Part shown: piece after piece, positions 30,346 through 40,990 of the stretch | How positions within the stretch are numbered: position 1 is the first letter of the stretch | Layout of the letters: every line of letters starts with the position of its first letter | Assembly: GCA_002378195.1 (NCBI GenBank) | Contig: DFRJ01000001.1 | Span: 29,517-93,516, forward strand | Direction: 5' to 3' | Source: Patescibacteria group bacterium UBA3466 | Lineage (GTDB): Bacteria > Patescibacteriota > Minisyncoccia > Phycocordibacterales > UBA918 | DNA: 64,000 bases | Notes under the pieces: generated by a model | The model's input: only the letters and a program-made list of their open reading frames with translations | Databases searched by the model: none | What the model was told of the DNA's origin: nothing | Translations under genes and position numbers: made by a program

Positions 30346-31761
30346 CTACCCATCCTGACGCCAGTCATCAAACATATAGACATCTGATGTTTCAGGCGTC
30401 ATCGGTGGTGGATTATCTACTTGGTCTTGATCAAACGAAGTAATTCGATTAGCAAATCCGGAACTATAGGATCCACAATAGGAACCGGTCCACTTTGTAC
30501 CAACTCGTCCGTTTGAAATCACACTACCAAATCTGGTAAGTGAATTGCGGCAGACGTATGCGTCCAACCACCATGGTAGACGACTGGTCCAATAGTGATT
30601 GCGACCAAAGCGACCATTTTGCGCTACAAACAAACCGTTAGCCGTCATGTTGTTTGGCACCTCCAGACCGACATCAATATCATCTTCTGCGATTGCTAAA
30701 AGACCAGCTGGAGCACCGGCTGCGTAGGTTATATCGTCATGCAACACAATATTAGTCTCTGATCCGGAGGAGAGATTAGCAGCGGCCAAAGTGACTTTTT
30801 GGGTTATCTCACCTTCGAGCCAAACCTTGTCTTCAATATAAATTAGTGGGCAATTAGGGTCTATCGCTTCAGTCGCCACAAATGATTCGCCAGTAATGAC
30901 ATTCCGCTCGCCCCAATGCCAACCTTGTGAAGTACTATAAGCGCGATAGTTATAAGTGCTGGTCACCTCTCTGATTGTGATCGTTCCGTCGCCATTAAAA
31001 ATTACTCGATAACCCCAACCACTTGATGGGCCATAGTAAATACCGCCGTCATTCTCAGCATGATCTTTTATCTCGCTCAAATCCAGGGTGATGCCAGCAA
31101 AATCAACTGGTGAAACTGGGAAAGAAAATAATCCTGGAGTGGCATTTCCACTTGTCGTAAATACACCATCGACGGTCGGATTCCCCGCACATCCAAACGA
31201 GCTGGTGCAAGTCCAATCTGACTGCCCGCTGCCCACAAAAGAATTATGTGATCCGTCCATTCTAATTCCCTGATTGGAATGTACCGGACCAGTAATTACA
31301 CGGTCTGACCCATACCACACGCCACCGTTAGTGATAAATGAATACTCGGCCACTGTCGGCAAACTATAACGTGCACTCACGGTACTAACCGCCGATGGAT
31401 CTTGGTAAGTAAAACCAGATGATGTCACTTCGATCGAAGCTGTACTGCCGCAATAAGTATTGCGACTAATCGTCAAAGTGTACTCGCCAATATCTCCGTC
31501 CTCGGGGTCTGTATATACGCTACTGGTACTTACAGTTGCATCATCAGGAAAATGAGCTAAATACCAACGGTAGAAATTTAGACCAGCTTCAGCAATCTCA
31601 GTGGCTTTTTGTTGCTCTTCACGGAAATTAACTACTTGGTTTTGCGTAATGATATAGCTAGTGAAAGAGGCCAAAATAACTAAGAAGACGCTACCGAACA
31701 CCAAAACCAAAACCAGCAGGTAGCCGGACGATTTTGTAGTTTGTTGGTGTGATTGGAACAT
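30346..31761 (-). CDS. PilX-like type IV pilus minor pilin
   Basis: GYLLVLVLVF N-terminal helix, AEAGL motif; in pil cluster. Confidence 0.75.
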   Translation of the reverse strand: MFQSHQQTTKSSGYLLVLVLVFGSVFLVILASFTSYIITQNQVVNFREEQQKATEIAEAGLNFYRWYLAHFPDDATVSTSSVYTDPEDGDIGEYTLTISRNTYCGSTASIEVTSSGFTYQDPSAVSTVSARYSLPTVAEYSFITNGGVWYGSDRVITGPVHSNQGIRMDGSHNSFVGSGQSDWTCTSSFGCAGNPTVDGVFTTSGNATPGLFSFPVSPVDFAGITLDLSEIKDHAENDGGIYYGPSSGWGYRVIFNGDGTITIREVTSTYNYRAYSTSQGWHWGERNVITGESFVATEAIDPNCPLIYIEDKVWLEGEITQKVTLAAANLSSGSETNIVLHDDITYAAGAPAGLLAIAEDDIDVGLEVPNNMTANGLFVAQNGRFGRNHYWTSRLPWWLDAYVCRNSLTRFGSVISNGRVGTKWTGSYCGSYSSGFANRITSFDQDQVDNPPPMTPETSDVYMFDDWRQDG

Positions 31762-31765
31762 ATAC

Positions 31766-32380
31766 TTATAGATTATCCTTCAAATTGCGAGGAGCAAGAC
31801 TAGACCTGAGCATAAACTCCCCCGGCGCCCTAATCGGGTCAATATTTACAATCAACTGAGCGGCAATGTATCGCACATCGATAATTGGCGAAGTTGAACT
31901 CAGTTGATTACCAGCATTATCAAAATACAAGAATGTTGAAGTCCCTTGCAGAATATTTTGTACATACAGTGATAAAGTAGTGGTCGCATCAGGAGACGTC
32001 AAATCATAAACCGGCGGGTTGCCAGTTGGATCATAAGTGAATTTATTGAGCGTGGTCTCGTCTAAAATGTATTCAACATATTCGACAGAATCATCTTGGT
32101 CGGTGTCACTATAATAGCCAAAATGGTGCTCATCAATTACTGCCACGGGGTAGGTACCATCTTCCGCCACTGTCATTTCTTTAGCATCTCGGTTCCATTG
32201 TGTCATACCGCGCCTTGCGTTCTCTACCTCATTTGCCTGGGCGGTAGTATAGGCAGAGATGTTATACAACTCTCGCACGGCTGCTGTTACCGCCAGTAGC
32301 AATACGGTATAAATGCCGATCACCACCACCATCTCCACAAAACTGAAACCTATTTGCTTTGTATCCTTAAAATTAGCCAT
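31766..32380 (-). CDS. Prepilin-type N-terminal methylation protein
   Basis: G|FSFVE cleavage motif. Confidence 0.85.
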   Translation of the reverse strand: MANFKDTKQIGFSFVEMVVVIGIYTVLLLAVTAAVRELYNISAYTTAQANEVENARRGMTQWNRDAKEMTVAEDGTYPVAVIDEHHFGYYSDTDQDDSVEYVEYILDETTLNKFTYDPTGNPPVYDLTSPDATTTLSLYVQNILQGTSTFLYFDNAGNQLSSTSPIIDVRYIAAQLIVNIDPIRAPGEFMLRSSLAPRNLKDNL

Positions 32381-32381
32381 A

Positions 32382-34145
32382 CTATTCAGTCATTATTACC
32401 TGCAAGAAAGTATCACCATCAATTTCATACGGGTCAATCGTCTGCCCTACATATCCAGCGGCTGTGATATTAACCTCATAATCCTCTTCCGCTATCAGAC
32501 CGCCGGTGAAAAATGTTTGACCGCAGTTATCAGTTTCTTGGGTGACGTCATAACCAGTGCGGTTTACATTTACTTCTACCCCGGGCAATACCCTGCCTGT
32601 CACGTCGACCACATTTACCCGTAAAGTATTAGCAGCTCCACCAACTAAACGCAGATCAAGATTACCGTTGATTCCAGCCAAGTGACTAAAGGGGTGAGCG
32701 GGGCAAGCACTAGCGATATCTCTACCTCCAGAAATATTAAGTGTGTATTCATCGAATTCTAAATCAGTAATCGTATGTTCGCCTGATAAATCAGTGGTCA
32801 AAGAATCGGTGAATTTATAAATTGGTGAAGCATCATCTTCTGTGCCTATTAACTTCGCACCCTGAATATCAAAACCTACGCTACCTAGTGAGGTCTCGCC
32901 ATCACGATAATAAACATCGATCTCATCAACCTGAGGTGACACCGTGGTGTCAGAAGTAGTAAGGTTGATCCCAACAAAAATTGACGAATAAACGCTGGTG
33001 CTCAGTTCAGAAATATCGATAATATTGTCTGTGAAGCCAGCTAGGTTACCGGGCAAATCAATTTCGGGAATTAAAGTAAAAGTGTAAGGACCAGTTCCTA
33101 CCCCAGTAAACAACTGTACTTCTTGTGTGGTGTTAGCGGGAATATCTCTAGCTACCCGTACCGTATCCCAACCTAGCAAACCAGCTGGATTAATCGGGCC
33201 GACATAAACCACTCCACTAGTATCATAGACACCTAGCGTATTAGCGAGCTCTAATTCACCAGCAAACGACCTCACTCCACTACTAGATGCAACCGATAGC
33301 AAATCAGCGAAGTCTTCTCGGAAATATTGATCACTCCAATCAGAAAAAGTATTTATATCTAAATCACTCAACTCATCAATCTGAAAAGTGAGAGTTGACA
33401 CATCTGCCTCTAAGACAGTAAAGGGTGAAACTGATGGATTCGGATTGGTGGTGGTAGCTTCGTATGTCTGGTCGGTTGAGTATTGGTCTCCACTTATGTT
33501 TGCTGTCACTTCTACCTGATACCCGCTATCTGCCCGCACATTAAACAGGGCCTCGCCATTATAATTGGTGAAATTTGTCACATCATATGGAAATGTAGAA
33601 CTAGAACCATACAAACGCACAGACGCTCCTGGCAGTAAACCGGCCTCTGAGTCAATCACAATAATCCTAGCAGTTCCACCACCGGTAGTCGTTTCGATTG
33701 AACGCGGTACGATATTACTCAACAGCACCACACTACTGGTAGCACCGCCCCGGTTCCAAGTGTATTCCAGTCTGACTTTTTTATAATCAAAAATAATTCC
33801 GTTACCATCGATACCCGCCACATCGTCACCCGGATCATTGATCCAGTCGATACGCACTCGCTCGATAAACTCGATACCGTTTAAGGTGGTGGTACTGGTC
33901 TGCGGAATATTGCCAGCAGGATCACCGGCTATTACCCCCACATCTGCATAAGGTAAGGAACGGATGTACTCCATTCGATCATTAGCAATCGACAAAGCGC
34001 TCAACTTAGCCTCTGTGTTATTGATGAGATTAACTGAGTAGCTAAATGATGAGATTAAAGCTCCAAATACTAGCGTAATCAAAGCTGACACAATCAAAAC
34101 CTCTACTAGTGAGATCCCCAATTGTGACAATTTGATTTTATGCAT
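32382..34145 (-). CDS. Large prepilin-type protein with beta-sandwich (carboxypeptidase-regulatory-like) domains
   Basis: G|ISLVE motif, 587 aa. Confidence 0.8.
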   Translation of the reverse strand: MHKIKLSQLGISLVEVLIVSALITLVFGALISSFSYSVNLINNTEAKLSALSIANDRMEYIRSLPYADVGVIAGDPAGNIPQTSTTTLNGIEFIERVRIDWINDPGDDVAGIDGNGIIFDYKKVRLEYTWNRGGATSSVVLLSNIVPRSIETTTGGGTARIIVIDSEAGLLPGASVRLYGSSSTFPYDVTNFTNYNGEALFNVRADSGYQVEVTANISGDQYSTDQTYEATTTNPNPSVSPFTVLEADVSTLTFQIDELSDLDINTFSDWSDQYFREDFADLLSVASSSGVRSFAGELELANTLGVYDTSGVVYVGPINPAGLLGWDTVRVARDIPANTTQEVQLFTGVGTGPYTFTLIPEIDLPGNLAGFTDNIIDISELSTSVYSSIFVGINLTTSDTTVSPQVDEIDVYYRDGETSLGSVGFDIQGAKLIGTEDDASPIYKFTDSLTTDLSGEHTITDLEFDEYTLNISGGRDIASACPAHPFSHLAGINGNLDLRLVGGAANTLRVNVVDVTGRVLPGVEVNVNRTGYDVTQETDNCGQTFFTGGLIAEEDYEVNITAAGYVGQTIDPYEIDGDTFLQVIMTE

Positions 34146-34150
34146 AGATA

Positions 34151-35380
34151 CTAGCCAATACCGTCTGAAATAGAATAGATTGGCGCAATCAACGCCATAG
34201 CAAAGAAGCCCACCCCGCCACCAATCACCACCATCAAAAGTGGTTCAATGATGGTCGACAGGTCTTTGGTTTTTCTTTCTACCTCAGTTTCATAAAACTG
34301 TGCCAACTCTCCCAACATACCAGCAATCTGACCAGTTTCTTCACCCACCAAAATCATTTCTCCTACCAACACAGGATACAAATCTTTTCTTTCAATAAAT
34401 GTTTCCGATAGTGCCGTTCCCTTCTCTACCCGCACCGACGCTTCAGCTAAGATTTTTTTATAAAATACGTTTTGCAGCACTTCTTCGGTGATATCAATAG
34501 ACTGAATAACATCCACACCTGAATTCAGAAGAGACGACAGGGTTCGTGCGGTACGAGCGGCATTAACCTCTTTGGCAATAGTCCCAATAACTGGCAACCG
34601 CACCACCACCCAAGAACTGACAATCTTACCGATCTTAGTTTTTAGGAAATACATAAATCCGACAATGAGTCCGACCATGCCACCAATTACCACAATAGTG
34701 TAATTTTGCATAAAATTACTAGCTGTAATCAAAAACTGAGTAGTGGCCGGCAAGTCTTTATCCATACCTTCAAATACCCCCGTGATTTGTGGCATCACGT
34801 AGATCATCATCAAAATTCCAATCACTACCATTACCACCACCACAATACTTGGATAAATCATGGCGCCCTTCACTTTTTTCTTGAGGTTGTTTGAGCGCTC
34901 CATCTGAATCGCCAATGTTTGTAGAGCTTCAGCTAGGTTTCCACTTTCTTCACCCGCCTTCACCATAGCCACATACAGATCATCAAACACCTCGGGAAAG
35001 TCTTGTAAAGACTCATAAAAAGTTCCTCCCTGATTGATCTTCTCGACCATACTCTTAGTGACCCCCTGCATGCGTGGATTGGTACTCTGTCTTTCAATCA
35101 CCGACAAAGCTCGAGTGACAGTAAGTCCAGCATTAAGCATCGAACCTAGGTTTCGGGTCACCATCACCAGCTCGTCTCCGGTCACGCGGCTGAGGAAATA
35201 GTTCATCTTCTCAACATTGATCAGACGACTAAAACTAAACTTTGAAGTCTCTTCAATAGAGGATACTGTATGCCCTTGCCCACGTGCGACCGCATAGACT
35301 CCAAAACGATCCTCCGCCTCAACGGTTTCAGTTACCTTCTTGCCTTCACTATCTTCCCCAGTGTAGGTAAAAGTGGCCAT
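34151..35380 (-). CDS. pilC: Type IV pilus platform protein
   Basis: AGEESGNL, GAMIYP, VGEETG, IIEPLL. Confidence 0.92.
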   Translation of the reverse strand: MATFTYTGEDSEGKKVTETVEAEDRFGVYAVARGQGHTVSSIEETSKFSFSRLINVEKMNYFLSRVTGDELVMVTRNLGSMLNAGLTVTRALSVIERQSTNPRMQGVTKSMVEKINQGGTFYESLQDFPEVFDDLYVAMVKAGEESGNLAEALQTLAIQMERSNNLKKKVKGAMIYPSIVVVVMVVIGILMMIYVMPQITGVFEGMDKDLPATTQFLITASNFMQNYTIVVIGGMVGLIVGFMYFLKTKIGKIVSSWVVVRLPVIGTIAKEVNAARTARTLSSLLNSGVDVIQSIDITEEVLQNVFYKKILAEASVRVEKGTALSETFIERKDLYPVLVGEMILVGEETGQIAGMLGELAQFYETEVERKTKDLSTIIEPLLMVVIGGGVGFFAMALIAPIYSISDGIG

Positions 35381-35388
35381 ACTAATGA

Positions 35389-37137
35389 TTATTCGTTAAT
35401 TACTCTTAATACTTCTTCGATACTAGTCAGGCCTTGTGCTGCCTTGAAAATACCGTCTTCAATCATAGTGAGCATTCCTTCCTTGCGCGCTTGTTCTTGC
35501 AATTCTTCACCGGTCTTCTCTGCCATTACCATTTCTCGAATGCCGGGTGACACTTCCAGTACTTCATGAATACCCATCCGACCGTTGTAGCCATCTTCGG
35601 TCTCACCTTTTTCTTTTGGATGATAAAACGGCACATCATTCCAGGTCGCGTCATCATTAACCACTTTCTCTTCTTTCAGGGCGGCAAGGACGAGGTCGAG
35701 ATTCACCTTCTCGCCCAACTCATCTTTCTCGGCTTTGGTGAGAATGTATGGCAATTTGTCATCAGCCAGCTTTCGCACCAATCGTTGACCAATTGCCACT
35801 CGCAAAGTTGAGGTAAGCAGGAATGATTCGGCACCCATGTCAGTCAAGCGTGCGATGGTTCCAGATGCTGAGTTGGTGTGAATAGTCGCTAGCACTAAGT
35901 GCCCGGTCAACGCTGCATTGATCGCCAACGATGCCGTTTCTTCATCACGAATCTCCCCCACCATAATCACATCAGGGTCCTGACGCATAAGAGACCGGAG
36001 ACCAGCAGCAAAGGTGAAGCCAATATCAGGCTTAACCTGAGACTGATTTACTCGTGGCATTTGGTACTCGATCGGATCTTCGATGGTAGAAATGTTTACT
36101 TCCGGTGTATTTAAAAGATCGAGAATAGTATAGAGAGTAGTCGACTTACCAGAACCAGTTGGCCCGGTGACCAAAATAATTCCGGTAGTGGCGCGGGTAG
36201 CCCGGTGAATCCGGTCGAGAGTGGTGCCATGGAAACCAATTCCTTCTAGTGAGAAACCGCTGCGGTTTTCCCGCAACAAACGCATTACCACCTTTTCACC
36301 ATAAAAAGTTGGTAGCATTGAAACTCGAAACGCCACTTTCTGTCCATCCATCTCCATCTTGAATCGTCCGTCTTGCGGAAGACGTTTTTGGTCAAGCTTG
36401 AGGTTTGAAAGCACCTTGAGACGGGCCACGATACTGCTATCAGCAATCTTTGGCAACTTCATCGCGTCGTTCAAAATACCGTCAATGCGATACCGCACCA
36501 ACACCTCCTCTTCCATTGGTTCAATATGAATATCAGATGCTCCTTGAATGATCGCGTGTCGAAGGAGTGTGTCGACAATACGTACCACCGGCAGGTCTTC
36601 CGCCATCTTCTTCAGCTCCTTCTCACTAACTTCCTCTCCTTCTTCATTCAAGACCTTCAATTCTGAAGCGTCTTTCATAATAAGATCACCAAACTCATCT
36701 TTGAGGTTTTTTTGGTACATTCTAAGCGCGCCTCGCATTGATTCAGTGTCGGTAAGGCGTGGCTGGATTTTGAGACCCACCTTTTTCTTTACAAAGTCGA
36801 TGGCTGGCAGGTCGGCGGTATCGAGCATGGCCACTTCGAGTGTATCTTCGCTCTTTTTGTAGGCAATAATATTGTGAGTTCGAGCTACTGGCTCGGGGAT
36901 GAGAGTAAGGGTTTCAAAGTCTATTTTCATTTCCTTGAGAGAAACAAACGGAATTCCAAGTACATATGACTCAACGCGACGCATATCGTCCTCGGTCATG
37001 TGGCCGTGTGAGATAAGAGCTTCACTTAAAGTACGCTTCTCTTCCTTGGCGATTTTCTCAGCCTCAGCAATATCAGCCTTGGTGATTAAACCAGCATCTA
37101 AGATAAACCGCTTGAGTTGATCATCTTGAATACGCAT
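35389..37137 (-). CDS. pilB: Type IV pilus assembly ATPase
   Basis: ASDIHIEP, PQDGR, GPTGSGKST, TIEDPIEY, RQDPD. Confidence 0.93.
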   Translation of the reverse strand: MRIQDDQLKRFILDAGLITKADIAEAEKIAKEEKRTLSEALISHGHMTEDDMRRVESYVLGIPFVSLKEMKIDFETLTLIPEPVARTHNIIAYKKSEDTLEVAMLDTADLPAIDFVKKKVGLKIQPRLTDTESMRGALRMYQKNLKDEFGDLIMKDASELKVLNEEGEEVSEKELKKMAEDLPVVRIVDTLLRHAIIQGASDIHIEPMEEEVLVRYRIDGILNDAMKLPKIADSSIVARLKVLSNLKLDQKRLPQDGRFKMEMDGQKVAFRVSMLPTFYGEKVVMRLLRENRSGFSLEGIGFHGTTLDRIHRATRATTGIILVTGPTGSGKSTTLYTILDLLNTPEVNISTIEDPIEYQMPRVNQSQVKPDIGFTFAAGLRSLMRQDPDVIMVGEIRDEETASLAINAALTGHLVLATIHTNSASGTIARLTDMGAESFLLTSTLRVAIGQRLVRKLADDKLPYILTKAEKDELGEKVNLDLVLAALKEEKVVNDDATWNDVPFYHPKEKGETEDGYNGRMGIHEVLEVSPGIREMVMAEKTGEELQEQARKEGMLTMIEDGIFKAAQGLTSIEEVLRVINE

Positions 37138-37389
37138 ACGAAAAAATACACAGAACCATTACCTCCGGAACTTGTTGCTTACATTATATCACCTCTCTCC
37201 CAATAGCTCGGTCGGATGTTCACGATTAATATTTCTCTTTGACTTTTGGAGGACCTGAGAGTATATTTAATTTATCTGATGAATGACTGCTCGGCCTGTG
37301 GCCGAGCCGTTTTCTAACCAGACAACTTAATAATCAGCGTTGTATCACATGACTCGATTCATGATGCAGCGCGCAATAAACAATTGAAT

Positions 37390-38859
37390 ATGTTTGATCT
37401 AAAAGTAATTAATTCAGTATTAACTGAAATGGAAGAAGAGCGAGGGATCCCTCGTGAACGAATGATTGACGCGATTGAGCAATCACTTGCAACTGCATAC
37501 AAGAAGGAATTTGGTAAAAGAGGGCAAATTGTCACTTGCGCCTTTGATATGGAGACCGGTACAACCACCTTCAATCAAATCAAGATTGTGGTTGACGAAT
37601 CAATGCTCAAGCCAGAACCAGAGCTAGACGAAGAAGGTAACCCGATCGAAGAGGAGGTTGAGACCGAGGAAGAAGACGAGGAAAACCCGAAGGTGCGCTT
37701 TGATGAGGAAAAGCACATCATGATCGATACGGCGAAGATGATTAAGAAAGATGTGGAGCTTAACGAAGAACTAGTTTTTCCATTGGAAGCTAAGGATGAT
37801 TTTGGTCGGATTGCTGCCCAAACAGCTAAGCAAGTGATCATGCAAAAGATTCGTGAAGCTGAGAAAGAATCTGCCCTGGCAGAATTTGGTCAAAAAGCTG
37901 GCGACATCGTGATTGGTCACGTTCAACGATTTGAACGAGGTAATCTATACGTCGATCTCGGACGGGTAACCGCCATCATGCCTTACGAAGAGCAAATTCC
38001 CGGGGAACGATTCAAGCCAGGAGAAAGGCTCCGAGCTATCTTGCTGGCAGTAGAAGAAACTCCACGAGGGATCTTCCTGAAACTATCTCGATCACACCCT
38101 GACTTCTTGGTTTCACTATTTACTGTCGAAGCGCCAGAACTACAAACTGGAGCGGTTGAAGTAAAGGCGGTAGCTCGAGAAGCCGGCGCACGATCAAAGA
38201 TTGCCGTTCACGCGGTTGATGAGCACATTGACCCAGTAGGATCACTAGTTGGTCAACGAGGAGTGCGAGTATCAACTGTAATGAGTGAGTTAGGTGGTGA
38301 AAAAATCGACATCATTGAATGGTCACCTGAAGTAACGGAGTTCCTAGAAGACTCACTCTCTCCAGCTCAAGTAATGTCTATCAAAATTGAGGCTGAACCA
38401 AACGAAGAAGAGGGCGAGCGAGGTCATGCCATTGCTGAAGTGTCTGGCGACCAACAATCACTAGCTATTGGACGAGGTGGTCAAAACGTACGACTAGCAG
38501 CAAAGCTTACTGGCTGGAAGATCGACATCATCTCGGCTAATACTGGTGAAGACCTAGCCGAGGCAGACGCTGATGGATCAGTTGAGGTTGACGCCCCAGC
38601 TGATACAGCAGTTGGTCAGGATGACGCGGTACTAGAAAGCGAAGATGCTACTACTGATCAGCCAGACTTGGAAGAAGTGCTTGACGAAGAAGATGATACA
38701 AAAGATCGAGACATGACTGAAGGTGCTGTGGCTGAGGGCGAAGACGAGATCGACACTCCGGAGGAAGCTGAAGAAGAGTTGGCTCCAGCTGTAGACGAAG
38801 AAATCGCTGAAGAAATTGAAGCGACCGAAGAAAGTGAGGAAGAGGAAAAGAAAGATTAG
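37390..38859 (+). CDS. nusA: Transcription factor NusA with acidic C-terminal tail
   Basis: FGRIAAQTAKQV, S1/KH domains, AIGRGGQNVRLAAKLTGWKIDI. Confidence 0.97.
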   Translation: MFDLKVINSVLTEMEEERGIPRERMIDAIEQSLATAYKKEFGKRGQIVTCAFDMETGTTTFNQIKIVVDESMLKPEPELDEEGNPIEEEVETEEEDEENPKVRFDEEKHIMIDTAKMIKKDVELNEELVFPLEAKDDFGRIAAQTAKQVIMQKIREAEKESALAEFGQKAGDIVIGHVQRFERGNLYVDLGRVTAIMPYEEQIPGERFKPGERLRAILLAVEETPRGIFLKLSRSHPDFLVSLFTVEAPELQTGAVEVKAVAREAGARSKIAVHAVDEHIDPVGSLVGQRGVRVSTVMSELGGEKIDIIEWSPEVTEFLEDSLSPAQVMSIKIEAEPNEEEGERGHAIAEVSGDQQSLAIGRGGQNVRLAAKLTGWKIDIISANTGEDLAEADADGSVEVDAPADTAVGQDDAVLESEDATTDQPDLEEVLDEEDDTKDRDMTEGAVAEGEDEIDTPEEAEEELAPAVDEEIAEEIEATEESEEEEKKD

Positions 38860-38862
38860 TTG

Positions 38863-38908
38863 AAAAACAAAAGGCCGGCGAGCGAAGCTCGCCGGCCTTT
38901 TGTTTTTT
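38863..38908. terminator. GGCCGG hairpin terminator
   Basis: AAAAGGCCGGCGAGC-GAA-GCTCGCCGGCCTTTT. Confidence 0.85.
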
Positions 38909-38949
38909 CCATTCTCGCGCTACTATAACGAACACAATATTATATAAAT

Positions 38950-39468
38950 ATGAACTTACTTCACGATATTCCAGCGGGTTCCGCTGACGAAATGAACGTT
39001 GTTATTGAAATCCCTAAGCTTTCAAAGAACAAATACGAAATTGATAAAGAAACTGGCCTAATTGCCCTCGACCGAGTGATGCACACCGCGCAGGACTATC
39101 CATTCGATTATGGTTTTGTACCGCAAACTCTTTTTGATGACGGTGATGCTCTTGATGTGGTACTCGTCACCACTTACCCGCTTGCCCCGGGCATCTTAGT
39201 AAAAGCTCGACCAGTAGCCATCATGGAAATGATTGATGGAGGTGAGCGCGACGACAAAGTAGTGGCGGTACCAGTTGACGACCCGCGCTTTGCTGACGTC
39301 AAAGATATCGACGACCTAAATCCGCACTTTAAGAAAGAAATGACTCATTTCTTTGAAACCTACAAGAAAGTACAAAACAAAGAAGTAGAGGTGGGCGAAT
39401 GGCATGGTGCTGAAAAAGCTAAAGAAGCCTTTACAAAAAGCTGCGAAATGTATAAAAACGACAAATAA
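38950..39468 (+). CDS. ppa: Inorganic pyrophosphatase (family I)
   Basis: NKYEIDKE, YGFVPQT, DGDALD, FFETYK. Confidence 0.95.
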   Translation: MNLLHDIPAGSADEMNVVIEIPKLSKNKYEIDKETGLIALDRVMHTAQDYPFDYGFVPQTLFDDGDALDVVLVTTYPLAPGILVKARPVAIMEMIDGGERDDKVVAVPVDDPRFADVKDIDDLNPHFKKEMTHFFETYKKVQNKEVEVGEWHGAEKAKEAFTKSCEMYKNDK

Positions 39469-39564
39469 TTTCAGTTGTAAGCGGTTCTGTGTATAGCGCC
39501 GGTGGGACGAAAGTCCCACCGGCGCTATACTTTACCTACTATTAAAGAGGTATTAAGTAAAACT

Positions 39565-40302
39565 ATGAAAGCTATTAGTAATATTGTTATCAGTCAATTT
39601 GTTTTTTTATTAGCAGTAATGATGGTCACCAGCATTGCTTTTGCACAAGAGGAAACAACCGAAGAAGACACTCCGGTGACCGAAACTGAAGAAGCCGCTA
39701 ATGCTACTACAGAGGAAAATACAGACAAATCATCTGACAGAGAAACCCGCATACAAGAGCGCGAAGCGGCTCTCGAGGAGCGACAAGAAGCAATCGAGGA
39801 GCGCCGAGTAGAGGCGGCAGAAAATGCAGAAGCTAGACAAGCCGCAGCAACTGAAAAACGAGAGGAGATGGCAGCCAACCAAGCTGAACGAAAAGCTGCC
39901 CTGGAGGAACGAGGCAAAGAGCGTATCACTAATCTAGCAGCCAACATCAGTAATCGTATCGACGCTGCCATTGAACGCCTACAAAATATCATCGACAGAG
40001 TTGACTCGAGAATGCAAAAGCTGACAGACAGAGGCATCGACACTACTGCAGCCGAAGCTTCCCTGTCCGCCGCACAAGCTGCAGTCGATCAAGCCACAGC
40101 CAGCATTGCCAATATTGATGAAGAAGTAGCTGACGCTGTAAATTCATCCGACATCAGAACTGCTTGGGCTGATGTAAAGACTTTGTATGGTGAAGTCAGA
40201 GATCAACTAAAGGCAGCTCATACCGAACTGAGAAATACTGTCACCGAACTAAAAGCAGCCGTCGAAAGTGCCAAGACAGACGCCGCTGAGGATACGGAAT
40301 AA
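39565..40302 (+). CDS. Secreted coiled-coil protein
   Basis: Signal peptide (AFA|QE); Glu/Ala-rich helices. Confidence 0.75.
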   Translation: MKAISNIVISQFVFLLAVMMVTSIAFAQEETTEEDTPVTETEEAANATTEENTDKSSDRETRIQEREAALEERQEAIEERRVEAAENAEARQAAATEKREEMAANQAERKAALEERGKERITNLAANISNRIDAAIERLQNIIDRVDSRMQKLTDRGIDTTAAEASLSAAQAAVDQATASIANIDEEVADAVNSSDIRTAWADVKTLYGEVRDQLKAAHTELRNTVTELKAAVESAKTDAAEDTE

Positions 40303-40325
40303 TTTTATAAAGCTAAATTAAATCT

Positions 40326-40742
40326 ATGAACGAAGAAAATACTCAAGTAGAAGCTCCTCAATTTGAAGGCGAGGAAATGAAAATGCCAGAAAACAGTTCG
40401 ATCGATGTTCCTACCGAAGAAAAAAATAGCAGCATTATCAACGCACCCCTCTTGGTCACCTTGGCTGTACTTTTGCTACTTATCCTTGGCGGCATGTTTT
40501 ACTGGCACAGCACTTTAGAAGCTCCTGCTCCAGAAGTTGCACCAGCAATTGAGCGACCGACCCCAGAAGAAAACAACGAACCAGAAAGCACCACCGCTGA
40601 AGCTCAAACCGAAGCCACCGAAACTACCAGCACATCCGATGAAATCTCTGCGATTGAGGCCGATATTGAAGCGACCGACCTAGAGTCACTTGATGCCGAG
40701 CTTAATGCCATCGATGCTGAAATCGAAGCAGCTTTGCAGTAA
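40326..40742 (+). CDS. Single-TM acidic protein
   Basis: Central TM; TSTSDEISAIEADI tail. Confidence 0.75.
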   Translation: MNEENTQVEAPQFEGEEMKMPENSSIDVPTEEKNSSIINAPLLVTLAVLLLLILGGMFYWHSTLEAPAPEVAPAIERPTPEENNEPESTTAEAQTEATETTSTSDEISAIEADIEATDLESLDAELNAIDAEIEAALQ

Positions 40743-40750
40743 CGAACTAT

Positions 40751-40928
40751 TAAAAAAGGCCGGGGGTCAAGTTTCTAATTCGCTTACGCTCATAAGAACT
40801 TCCTCCCCGGACTCGCCTTTTTCTGCTCTAGGAATGAGCAGAAAATATGGCTCCGTCTCAAAAAGCTAGAAAACCTGCAGCAGTGCAGGTTTTCTTTTAC
40901 GCTTTTAGCGAAGGCGCCGGCTTTTTTA
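40751..40928 (-). mobile_element. Structured element inserted within a GGCCGG terminator
   Basis: Terminator arms at 40751-40763 and about 40910-40928; 40764-40810 is homologous (reverse complement) to 43132-43194; 40812-40865 is homologous to about 63554-63607. Confidence 0.65.
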
Positions 40929-40990
40929 AATAACACAATTACTGTGTAACGGTTGCATTTTCTTCGATCTTCCGTACACTAGCGGGCACT